DNA from: a virus
Length of the DNA: 64,000 nucleotides
Virus record (IMG/VR): IMGVR_UViG_3300042198_000079
Coordinates: 1-64,000 of that record
Direction: 5' to 3' (one strand)
The notes under the pieces were generated by a model. It was not told where the DNA came from. It worked only from the letters and a program-made list of their open reading frames with translations, and did not search any database. Position 1 is the stretch's first letter; each line of letters begins with the position of its first letter. A program made the translations under genes and the position numbers. Positions 19,472 to 28,701 of the stretch are shown piece after piece.

Positions 19472-20470
19472 ATGTTATTAATAGAAAACTATATAATTTA
19501 CAAAGAATCCAATAATTTATATTTTAAAAACTTATTTGTTTCTTCTGGTGCTACATTAGTGAGTGCAATAGGGGCATATAATTTATTAGATTGTGTAATC
19601 GGGAAATCTCAACACTTGTTTTTAACTAATAACTATAATTTTATTTCACATTGTTATTCAACAAGTCAACAAGAAGTTTCCAGCAACTGTTTTAGTTATT
19701 ATCAATCAATAAAAAACACACAAAACACTGTTTTAAAACCAACATATGTAAATTCTAATTTTTCAACAGACGAATGGTGGAATATTTTAAAAAATCACAT
19801 TATTGATTATTGTTATTTTTCAAATTCTTTTAATTTTTTAACATCTGCAATAAACAATTCAAGCACAATTTTTAAAAATATCAAAAATATATACAAAAAA
19901 GGCGAAATTTTACCAGAAAATACAAAATTTGCAAAAACACAATATTGGATAACCGTTCCTGTTGGAACATCAACATGTTCATCTATAGATTACAATATAA
20001 TTCCTTTAAAGTGTAACGAAAATCTAAACGGAATTGTAGGAGAAAAACAATATATAAAATTTAACAATGATCATGAAAATATATCTTTAATATTTTCTTT
20101 ATCTGCATATCCAACAGAAATAAAAGAAAATATAGAATTTAAATGGTATGATTATTTTAAAGAAGAGAACATAAATAATGTTGAATTTTTAAATGCAACA
20201 AATGGTTCGTTTTCTGGAAATTCGGATATTATTATTAACAAAACGAAACAGCAATCAGCATGGTTTTTAAACTATGCAAATTCCAGTTTATGGGTAAATT
20301 TAGCAACAAATCAACCATCTGGTATTGTTTTGAACACAGACGATGTTTTAGTTTATAAAAAATTCGACAACGATGCATATTCTGCGCTTTCGTCGAGTAT
20401 ATTGGATGAAGATTTATTGGGATATTTAGACGAAAATCAAAAAGGAACATATTCCTTTTTACAAATGTAA
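19472..20470 (+). CDS. Hypothetical structural protein
   Basis: TATAAATA-N6-ATG; its C-terminal PSGIVLNTDDVLVY echoes PSDMILRSTDYIVY in 16333-18978. Confidence 0.65.
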   Translation: MLLIENYIIYKESNNLYFKNLFVSSGATLVSAIGAYNLLDCVIGKSQHLFLTNNYNFISHCYSTSQQEVSSNCFSYYQSIKNTQNTVLKPTYVNSNFSTDEWWNILKNHIIDYCYFSNSFNFLTSAINNSSTIFKNIKNIYKKGEILPENTKFAKTQYWITVPVGTSTCSSIDYNIIPLKCNENLNGIVGEKQYIKFNNDHENISLIFSLSAYPTEIKENIEFKWYDYFKEENINNVEFLNATNGSFSGNSDIIINKTKQQSAWFLNYANSSLWVNLATNQPSGIVLNTDDVLVYKKFDNDAYSALSSSILDEDLLGYLDENQKGTYSFLQM

Positions 20471-20492
20471 AATAGACCAATAAATAAAATTA

Positions 20493-22823
20493 ATGAATAA
20501 TTTTTTATTATCTAGTGTTCCAGTTTCTGTACAGAATTATGATTCTTCAATAATAAGAAACGTATTTAATCCTTTGGAATTGAAACACAAAGATTTCGAT
20601 CCCAAACCAAATATTTTTTTCAATAATAAAGATTGGAACGAATTAGTCGATAAGTTTTACGAAAATTTAATTTATATTAAAAATCAATCTTATATATGGA
20701 ATTCTATATTTCCCGGAATAGAAAGATATAAATGGATAACAATAAAAAACATAAAGAAAATAGAAGTTGTTGACGATATTTTATATGCACTAGGAGAAAA
20801 TACATTAAATGTCATTTCTTCTAGTGGAACAGGATTTGAAAAAGGCAAAATAGAACAAATTATTACTAAATCCGCATTAGATGATTTTTATGAATTAAAA
20901 GATTTTACAATAAACGAATATAAATTATTTGCTCTAGAAGGAAATTATGTTCTTTCGTGGGAATATCCTTCATTGAATTTCAAAGGTTATTTTGGTGGTT
21001 TTGGTGGTCCTTCTGAAAAGAATAAGTTTTACAATCCACAAGCAATTGCGTCAAACTCCGAATATATTTTTGTTGCAGATACAGAAAATAAAAATTTAAA
21101 AATATATAATCATGATTTTCAATTTAGATGTAGAGTGGCATTTCCATCAAGACCAACAACAATCGCAATAAATAATAATTATATTTTTGTAGGAAGTTCA
21201 GAATCTAATAAAATTTATAGATTTGAAATATGTTGTATAAAAAACTTTAAAATAATATACATACCTGAAAAATTCATATTAAAATCTATAAGAAACGATT
21301 CATATCAAGATGGGTTTTTATATATTGTTTCAGAAAGCGGACTTGCTGCTAGATATACCCAAGACGGGTTATTTATAAGTTATTTAAGAAATCTCGACAA
21401 TAACGGAATAGTTGATTTATATAAAAATCAAGCAGATGTTGTAGTATTAGGTAGAGATAATAATATTGTTAGTTATTTAGATTATTCTTATAAATTATCA
21501 GCACTAATAGAAAATCAATGCAGTGCAATCGTCCCTTCTGCTGCATATATCGGAGATGATGAATTAAACCCATCGTGGATACCCTACAACAGCAGTTTAA
21601 ATAAAATGTATGATGATATTGCTTGTTTAACAAATAGCATTACATCGATATTTGTGGGCGATTATTCATATGAATATGATTCTATACTTTCTGTTATAAC
21701 AATACCTTCTATATACGACTTTAAAGAAGAAATAGAAGATGTTTTATATTTTGGAGAAAACGATCCTTTTGTTTGGGAAGTTGTTGCTCGTCCTTGGAGA
21801 ATATTTTATGACGAGTTTGAAAAAATGATAGATTTTTATAATTTCCAAACAAGTGCCAATATTGGGTATACGCCTTCATTTTTTGGTTGTAGAAAAATAA
21901 AAGAATTAAAAACAAACAGACCTTTGGAAATTTCTTCTGATGTATATCCAATAACTTTGAGAGAATTGAATCCAGTTAGAAATAAATTTTCTCTGAATTA
22001 TTTTTGTCAATCAGGAGAAGAATATATTACAAATGAATGTTTTAGAACTTGGAATGCATTTAACTGTTTATTTGACACACCTTCTGCAAGCTGTGCAACT
22101 TGGGGTGATGTTTATGAACTTTGCGATGTTGATTGTTTTTCTGGAATAAAATGGACAAATATTTTACCTCCTAGTTGCACCGGAGTTTCTGCTATAGACA
22201 GTTTGGTGAATGTTTATACTCCAAATTTTTCAAGTGTTGTTATTAGTAGACCTAAAGAAAGTCCGGTAACATTATATTGGAATAATATTTTGAATAGTTA
22301 TAATTCTCTTTCTGGACATGTTCTGACATGGTATCGAGACAGATGGAGATATTATCTAAATGATGTTTTAATTGAAAATTTCGGAAATAATTTGTCCCAT
22401 CCAATGTCTGGATATTTTTTAAACCAAACACAATCTGATGTTGTTTTTACAAGTAATAATAATATTTTTGCGTGTTGGAAGAGATTGTTGTTAACAAGAA
22501 ATACTGCTAAAAATTTTGAAAGTTTATTCCCTATAAAATATACCGATTTTAATTCCACTATAGGAAAAAATTGCGTATATGAAAACACAAATTGGATATT
22601 AAATTATAATTCAAGTCTTCGTGTTTGGGATTTATCTTCTAAGCACTATGCAAGTGTTTGGATATATCCCAGCAAATATAATACAGTTTCAGGGAGCAAT
22701 GATATTTCTTTAAGATATATACCTAACCAAAATATAGTAAGTACGGATTTTTGCTTGGATTCCAAAAGGTCAAATTCTTATGAATTGGGCAAAACGATAA
22801 CATTAACCATTTCCGCAATATAA
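20493..22823 (+). CDS. NHL/beta-propeller-containing virion protein
   Basis: GGFGG...FYNPQAIA...IFVADTEN..KIY NHL repeat; Cys-rich middle. Confidence 0.7.
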   Translation: MNNFLLSSVPVSVQNYDSSIIRNVFNPLELKHKDFDPKPNIFFNNKDWNELVDKFYENLIYIKNQSYIWNSIFPGIERYKWITIKNIKKIEVVDDILYALGENTLNVISSSGTGFEKGKIEQIITKSALDDFYELKDFTINEYKLFALEGNYVLSWEYPSLNFKGYFGGFGGPSEKNKFYNPQAIASNSEYIFVADTENKNLKIYNHDFQFRCRVAFPSRPTTIAINNNYIFVGSSESNKIYRFEICCIKNFKIIYIPEKFILKSIRNDSYQDGFLYIVSESGLAARYTQDGLFISYLRNLDNNGIVDLYKNQADVVVLGRDNNIVSYLDYSYKLSALIENQCSAIVPSAAYIGDDELNPSWIPYNSSLNKMYDDIACLTNSITSIFVGDYSYEYDSILSVITIPSIYDFKEEIEDVLYFGENDPFVWEVVARPWRIFYDEFEKMIDFYNFQTSANIGYTPSFFGCRKIKELKTNRPLEISSDVYPITLRELNPVRNKFSLNYFCQSGEEYITNECFRTWNAFNCLFDTPSASCATWGDVYELCDVDCFSGIKWTNILPPSCTGVSAIDSLVNVYTPNFSSVVISRPKESPVTLYWNNILNSYNSLSGHVLTWYRDRWRYYLNDVLIENFGNNLSHPMSGYFLNQTQSDVVFTSNNNIFACWKRLLLTRNTAKNFESLFPIKYTDFNSTIGKNCVYENTNWILNYNSSLRVWDLSSKHYASVWIYPSKYNTVSGSNDISLRYIPNQNIVSTDFCLDSKRSNSYELGKTITLTISAI

Positions 22824-22832
22824 ATAAATATA

Positions 22833-23303
22833 ATGTCAGAAGCATTATCATGTATACCTTTAGTTCCTTTGATTCATGTTATTTCCGAGAATGAATACTT
22901 GGGAGATGCATTTACAAAAATGAATTTAAATTTTTGTAATATAGAAACAAAATTAAACACTTTTCATAGAGTTGGAGATTTTAAAAGTTCATTGATCGAT
23001 GAAGATCACGATGGTTGGAAAATAGTTAACACCGAAAGAGATTTGCCTAGAGATATGTATCCTCAATTAGAATGTTTAGTTAAAGATAATAAAATATGTT
23101 TGTTAAATCCGATTACTTTTAGATTGCCAACAATATCTCCCAGACAAATAACTGTTAGAGGAGAAGTAAAAACAATGAATTCTTTCCTATATATAGGAAA
23201 TCCAGTTGTTAGCTTTGAACCTCCTCCAAAATCAAAATGTTATATTCCATATGATTTGGAAGAACGCATATTAGATTGTGAAGGTCATTTGAGTCCTTTG
23301 TAA
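22833..23303 (+). CDS. Short tail-collar-like protein, paralogous to the N-terminus of 23763-26876
   Basis: IS.NEYLG....N.NF..IE, VGDFK.S..EDHDGW, YPQL and FRLP motifs. Confidence 0.65.
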   Translation: MSEALSCIPLVPLIHVISENEYLGDAFTKMNLNFCNIETKLNTFHRVGDFKSSLIDEDHDGWKIVNTERDLPRDMYPQLECLVKDNKICLLNPITFRLPTISPRQITVRGEVKTMNSFLYIGNPVVSFEPPPKSKCYIPYDLEERILDCEGHLSPL

Positions 23304-23305
23304 AT

Positions 23306-23728
23306 TCAAACTTGTACGTTAGTTGTAATTAATTGATTATACAAATTCATACCCGGAGCATCAAAAGTAATATATACTTTATATCCGTTTTTTAATAAAA
23401 CCATATTTACTTTTATATTGTTTATTCTTGGTTCATTGGCCTTTAGTGTTCTAGTTATATCTTCTCCTATAGAATAAGCAGTTTTTTCTGAAATTGGTAA
23501 ACCCAAATAACTTATTAAGTTGGAACCAACATTTTGAAGTACGTTCATACTTCCTCTTTGAGTAAACATTAAATTAATTATAGATTGTTTTATACTATCC
23601 AATCCGTCTGAAATTCTTAAATCACTATTATCATTTTTCAATTTAAACTGTTTATCAATATCTACAAATTTTAAATTATCTTTTGTTAAAATGTTTTCTT
23701 CGGAGTATTCGTCAAAATTTAATTCCAT
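23306..23728 (-). CDS. gp25: Baseplate wedge protein, gp25-like
   Basis: DSIKQSIINL.FT.RG...GSNL..YL...I...L...EPRI. Confidence 0.85.
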   Translation of the reverse strand: MELNFDEYSEENILTKDNLKFVDIDKQFKLKNDNSDLRISDGLDSIKQSIINLMFTQRGSMNVLQNVGSNLISYLGLPISEKTAYSIGEDITRTLKANEPRINNIKVNMVLLKNGYKVYITFDAPGMNLYNQLITTNVQV

Positions 23729-23762
23729 CTTGTAAAATATTTATATGATAAATATTTTTATA

Positions 23763-26700
23763 ATGAAAAAACCATGTCTTCCAGATTTGTTTAATCCTAT
23801 AGTTTTCCAAATAAGTAAACAAGAATACATAGGAGGAAGCGAAGTCCAAATAAATAAAAATTTCATAAAAATAGAATCGGCTTTATATTCCATGAATAAT
23901 ATAGGAGCAATAAAATATTCATTGCAATCTGAAGATCATGATGGATGGGTTTTGGCATCAGACGGAAGATGTTTACCGAAAAATGCTTTCCCTCAATTAC
24001 AAAGAATAGATACAACTGTTATAACAGACGATACAACTCATTTTTCTATTCCTCCTATTGGTTATCTAGAAGGAAATTTATGCGATAGTAGAACGGTCAC
24101 GTCTATAACATATACGAGAGAAGAAACCGTGGAAAGAGATCCACGTCCTGTTAGAGTAAACGGATTTCCGTTGGGTTCTGGGAAAATGTCAACAGGTGTT
24201 CCTTATAAAATATCATATTCATTTTACGAAAATCCAAAAAAGAAAATCACCGCATATAATACAACAGTTAAAAAAAGATATTTGGATGTTCAAAAAACAG
24301 AAAGTTTATTTTCTGATTCAAATCTTTTTGGGGGGTTTGAAGGACAAGTTATTATTGCTCCTGACAATGGTCCTGATAGCTTTGAATCCAAATCATCAAA
24401 AGCAAAAAATATATACAGAGATTCATGGATAGAAATAGAATTTGATGTTCCTGTTCCGGCAAATAAAGTATTTTTTGCAATTGAAAATGTTGCCGCATGG
24501 CAAAATATGAAAATAACGGTTAGTGGAGGAACTGCATCTATATTAGATTTTAATATAATTGACAATTTCGGAAAACCAGAAGAACAAAAATTAATATGTA
24601 AAAGAGTTGTAGATAAAACCAAAAAAGAGAAATTTTTTCCTACAAATTCCAAAGATGGTTATAAACAAGGAACTAATTTAGCAAATGATGGCGAATCTAT
24701 AAAACAATGGTGTAGATTAAAAGGTTATGATAACGGAAAACCAATAGAAACGAGACAATGGAATTCGCCGGGAGATAACAGAGTTGTAAAATGGAACAAA
24801 TCTAAAAAGAAATTTGAAACATTAAGCGGAAGCGAATATAATAATTATGTATATAAATTAGAATGTGTGGGAAAAATAATACCTTGTGTAAAAAGTCCAG
24901 ACGATACTGAACCGAGAACAATACACACTCTTTCATATTCAAACGATGGTAATTTGAGTATAAATTCACCATATAAAAATACCAGAGGAAACATAATAGG
25001 ATCTTGGAGTGAAAATACGGTTAAAAAACTTAGATTTAGCGCAACTCAGGATATTAGAGATATGGTTGTTTTTATGTTGGGCGAAGCATTTCCGTATCCA
25101 GAAATAGAAGAAGTTTCCGAAATACCTCAAATAAAAATAGAACAAATATTTGAAAAAGCAAAATTAAACGGATTTGTTTATGTTGGTCCATCTTTTCCTA
25201 CTTTTGTTGAATATCCTTTTGAAGAATGTCCTTCGTTATTTGAACCAGAAAAATACTTTTTAGAATGTAACGTATTAACATCTATTGCAACGACAACTCC
25301 TCATAATAGTGTTTATTTTACGGCAAATAGCGGAATTTCTGCTATTAATTGGAGCAACGGAATATACACTGATTTTGTAATTCAAACAGATTACGGATAT
25401 AAAGAAATTTTATTTGGATTAGATGATATTAAAAAATTTATGAAATCCAGATTTCCATTAACTGTTTTAAATGAATCAAACGGATATTGGATTGGAAAAA
25501 GTCCAGATCCATATATAAAAGTTAGACTAACAAGTCCAACAAATTTAAGAGTGGATGTTGTTTCTGGTGTTCCGGTTTCTCTGCCTTTAATCGCAAGAGG
25601 AACCCTTCCTTCTATCGAAGGACAAATTGACTGGGGTGATGGCACAACAAGCTACATCTATCCAAATCAAAACCCTACACACGTTTATACGAGTTCTGGA
25701 AACTACACTGTAACATTCCGTGGAGTTTTAAGAGAAATGGGATGGTTATCGAATACTCCTTCAGATAATAAAAATTATTTTACAGGTGTTAGTGCATGGG
25801 GTGATTCTGGACTTAGTTCTATTTCTTTTGAAGGTGCAAGCATTACAGTATTAAATTCTAATTTACCGACAAGCGTCAAGAGTTTGAAAAATTTATTTAA
25901 GAATTGTAATTCTGTTCCGTCTAATATTTCGCAATTAAGTGTTAGTGGAATAGAAATTTTCGATGGGATATTTTATGGATACACTGGAACTACTAATGTT
26001 GATATAAATTCTTGGAATGTTACAAATGCAAAAAGCATGAAAGAATCATTTTCAAATTATATATCAAACGCAACACCAATTATTTCTAGTTGGAATGTTT
26101 CGGGCGTGAAAGACATGAGTTCAATGTTTTCATATTCTAATATTGTTCCTGTTATTTCTACGTGGAATGTTGAGAATGTTACGACAATGGAATCTATGTT
26201 TTTATCAAACCAAAGTGCAAATATAAATCTTTCTGGATGGAAAACATATAAATTAGAAAATGTAAAATATATGTTTTCTAAAACAAATACTCAGAACGTA
26301 AATTTGAATTCTTGGGTCTTTTCGTCAGTAAAGAATTTTGATTATATGTTTTCCGAAACTGGAAATGTAAACATAGATGTATCCAATTGGGATGTTTCTA
26401 ATGCATTGAGCATAGAGGGAATGTTTTACAAATCGACCAGTTTTCATCCAGTTGTTACTAGCTGGAACACAAAATCTGTTTTAAATGCAAAACTTTGTTT
26501 TTCTGAAATGACTTTAGGAGTTGATATAAACGTATCTAATTGGAATTTATCGTCATGTATATATTTTGACGAAATGTTTAAAGGTAGTCCTGCTATAAAT
26601 CCAGATATAACAAATTGGAAATTTACAAATTTGAGAAAGTTTTATTTAGAAAATAACGAGAGATATGAAGGATTATCAGATATGTTTGTTGGATGCGGAA

Positions 26701-26876
26701 TTCAGTTAAATAATGTTGGAAACGCAATAGATACATTTTATAATGAAATATATGGAGGACCATCAAATCAAACAATTAAAGTTAAAGGAGTTTATGTTGG
26801 GAATATACCGAGGTTTGATATTCTTTCTAATCAAAATAAACCTATTTTACAAGATAATAGTTGGACTATTTCGTAA
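23763..26876 (+). CDS. Fibre/adhesin with collar domain, PKD domain and DUF285/BspA-type repeats
   Basis: EDHDGW collar; IDWGDG...THVY..SGNYTV (PKD); repeated ISSWNVSGVKDMSSMF; start reassigned by TAAATA-N8-ATG. Confidence 0.8.
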   Translation: MKKPCLPDLFNPIVFQISKQEYIGGSEVQINKNFIKIESALYSMNNIGAIKYSLQSEDHDGWVLASDGRCLPKNAFPQLQRIDTTVITDDTTHFSIPPIGYLEGNLCDSRTVTSITYTREETVERDPRPVRVNGFPLGSGKMSTGVPYKISYSFYENPKKKITAYNTTVKKRYLDVQKTESLFSDSNLFGGFEGQVIIAPDNGPDSFESKSSKAKNIYRDSWIEIEFDVPVPANKVFFAIENVAAWQNMKITVSGGTASILDFNIIDNFGKPEEQKLICKRVVDKTKKEKFFPTNSKDGYKQGTNLANDGESIKQWCRLKGYDNGKPIETRQWNSPGDNRVVKWNKSKKKFETLSGSEYNNYVYKLECVGKIIPCVKSPDDTEPRTIHTLSYSNDGNLSINSPYKNTRGNIIGSWSENTVKKLRFSATQDIRDMVVFMLGEAFPYPEIEEVSEIPQIKIEQIFEKAKLNGFVYVGPSFPTFVEYPFEECPSLFEPEKYFLECNVLTSIATTTPHNSVYFTANSGISAINWSNGIYTDFVIQTDYGYKEILFGLDDIKKFMKSRFPLTVLNESNGYWIGKSPDPYIKVRLTSPTNLRVDVVSGVPVSLPLIARGTLPSIEGQIDWGDGTTSYIYPNQNPTHVYTSSGNYTVTFRGVLREMGWLSNTPSDNKNYFTGVSAWGDSGLSSISFEGASITVLNSNLPTSVKSLKNLFKNCNSVPSNISQLSVSGIEIFDGIFYGYTGTTNVDINSWNVTNAKSMKESFSNYISNATPIISSWNVSGVKDMSSMFSYSNIVPVISTWNVENVTTMESMFLSNQSANINLSGWKTYKLENVKYMFSKTNTQNVNLNSWVFSSVKNFDYMFSETGNVNIDVSNWDVSNALSIEGMFYKSTSFHPVVTSWNTKSVLNAKLCFSEMTLGVDINVSNWNLSSCIYFDEMFKGSPAINPDITNWKFTNLRKFYLENNERYEGLSDMFVGCGIQLNNVGNAIDTFYNEIYGGPSNQTIKVKGVYVGNIPRFDILSNQNKPILQDNSWTIS

Positions 26877-26911
26877 AAATTGATATCGATTAAAACTAAT
26901 AAACTTGATTT

Positions 26912-27748
26912 TCAAGAACCAACTGGATATATTATAGTTACATTATAATTCTTTCTCATCCAAGCAGTAATTGTTTCGATATCAATTATTTTGTCAAGCT
27001 TTTTACCGTCAAGCTTTTTACTAAAATCACTAAACATATGTTTCATTATATCAATTATTTTTTCGTTATTTTTACTAACGGCTAGAATTTTATTTATTGC
27101 TTTTCTATAACTAATATAATTGTTTTTTTCTTTTAATAACGAAAACATTTTCAAAATCTTTATAAAATTTTCTTTTTCTTCTGCTAAGTCTCTGGTGAGA
27201 TTATATTCTGGATCGTCATTTGCTGTTAAATTTGCATCCGAATCAGAAATTCCTTTATAATTAAAATTGATAATCTTAAAAATTTTCTCCTTGAATTCGT
27301 TGATTGTCATATCCTCAGAATATTCAAATTCTCTATCATATTTCGGAGTCCCCCCTTTTCTTTTTCGTGCTCTGTCAATTTCATTTTTATATTCTTTTTT
27401 GATTCCCGACATTATTGGTTTCATAGCATTTTCGAATTTCTCACTTCTGATTTGGTTTATTATATCGTTAAATATATTAAGCGTTAAAAGATACACATCG
27501 TATATTTTAATGCCTCCGAGGGTATTAGGACTATAAAATTTCCACTTCGATCCAAGGACTTCTCTTGATCTTTGATCAAATTTATAATTAAATAGTTCTC
27601 TTATTTTTTGAGTTTGGTTTTGTTCGCCTCTACCAAGAACCGAATTCACCCCTCTGCGAATCATACCGCCTAAAGCATTAAGGATTTGATTCCCGGATTC
27701 GTTTAAAATAACCCTATTAATTTTGTCTTCTAAATCAAAACATTCCAT
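26912..27748 (-). CDS. Hypothetical protein with an ILNE/S leader-like N-terminus
   Basis: 278-aa ORF directly downstream of the scaffold. Confidence 0.7.
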   Translation of the reverse strand: MECFDLEDKINRVILNESGNQILNALGGMIRRGVNSVLGRGEQNQTQKIRELFNYKFDQRSREVLGSKWKFYSPNTLGGIKIYDVYLLTLNIFNDIINQIRSEKFENAMKPIMSGIKKEYKNEIDRARKRKGGTPKYDREFEYSEDMTINEFKEKIFKIINFNYKGISDSDANLTANDDPEYNLTRDLAEEKENFIKILKMFSLLKEKNNYISYRKAINKILAVSKNNEKIIDIMKHMFSDFSKKLDGKKLDKIIDIETITAWMRKNYNVTIIYPVGS

Positions 27749-27751
27749 ATA

Positions 27752-28645
27752 TTAATATTTACTTTGTTTTAATGCTTTTGCGAATAAATCAACAACAGGA
27801 TCACTTGTAACATTATTGGTTTGTCTTGGATTCGGCCTAGAAAGAGATTTGGGAACACTTTGATTTTCGTTTATCATACCAAAATTTCCAGAAGTATTTC
27901 CTCTTCTAAGACTTTCTCCAATACTCTTGACTTTTTTACTTTCACTTATTTGGAATTGCTTGACTAAAAAGTCAAAATTTTCTCTAATGAAACTTTCGCT
28001 TCTGTCACTACAAACAACTCTCATGTGCTTTTGTAATGCACTGGGAAGATTGCTAATACGCATTTCCAAATACTTGGCACCTTTTGCTCTTGCATTTTCC
28101 AACAAGAGTTCTTTGTTTTTGGCTTTGAGATTTTGCGATTCTTTAACTGCTTTCTTAACTTCTTCCGGCATAACAGTAACCTTTAAAGATTCTTGTAATT
28201 TGGAAAGAGTTTCGGCAGCATGGGTATTTTTTGCAGCTTCGTTTATCTTTTTGTGAATATTCGGAATTTCTTCGACTAAAATAGTTTCCAAATAAGAATC
28301 TAATTTTTCAACAATAGTATCGAAATCGCGTTTTGCTTTTTTCTTTAATTCAGATTCGTAAAATGTCTTAACCTTTTTGAGTTTTTGAGTTTTATCTTTA
28401 ATGATGTGATTAACCAACATTTTAGTTTTAGACAAAACATCATCATCAAGAGATTCTAAAAGCTTTTTGGTTTTATTGGTAACGTCTTCATCAAAAGCTT
28501 TTAGTGCAGCATCAACTGCAATATCTATTTCCTCTTGTTTTCTTTCCTCAAGTTGTTTGACTTTTGCGGAAACTTGCGATTCAAAAGCTTCTAACAATTC
28601 TTTCTTTTGAGATTCTGTTAATTGATAATTTTCAAAAAGGTTCAT
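27752..28645 (-). CDS. gp22: Prohead core scaffold protein, gp22-like
   Basis: LTE..K..L.EAFE..V..KV coiled coil, IVEKLDSYLE, several (I/L)xE-S sites, C-terminal DPV..FAKAL. Confidence 0.75.
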   Translation of the reverse strand: MNLFENYQLTESQKKELLEAFESQVSAKVKQLEERKQEEIDIAVDAALKAFDEDVTNKTKKLLESLDDDVLSKTKMLVNHIIKDKTQKLKKVKTFYESELKKKAKRDFDTIVEKLDSYLETILVEEIPNIHKKINEAAKNTHAAETLSKLQESLKVTVMPEEVKKAVKESQNLKAKNKELLLENARAKGAKYLEMRISNLPSALQKHMRVVCSDRSESFIRENFDFLVKQFQISESKKVKSIGESLRRGNTSGNFGMINENQSVPKSLSRPNPRQTNNVTSDPVVDLFAKALKQSKY

Positions 28646-28701
28646 ATTCTTTAATTTATTTATATGTTGTATTTTAAATTTTTAAATTTTAACGAAAAAA
28701 A

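Noticed and set aside
26912-27748. Major capsid protein expected after the scaffold
   Set aside because: No gp23-like motifs and too short; the capsid gene must lie outside the window
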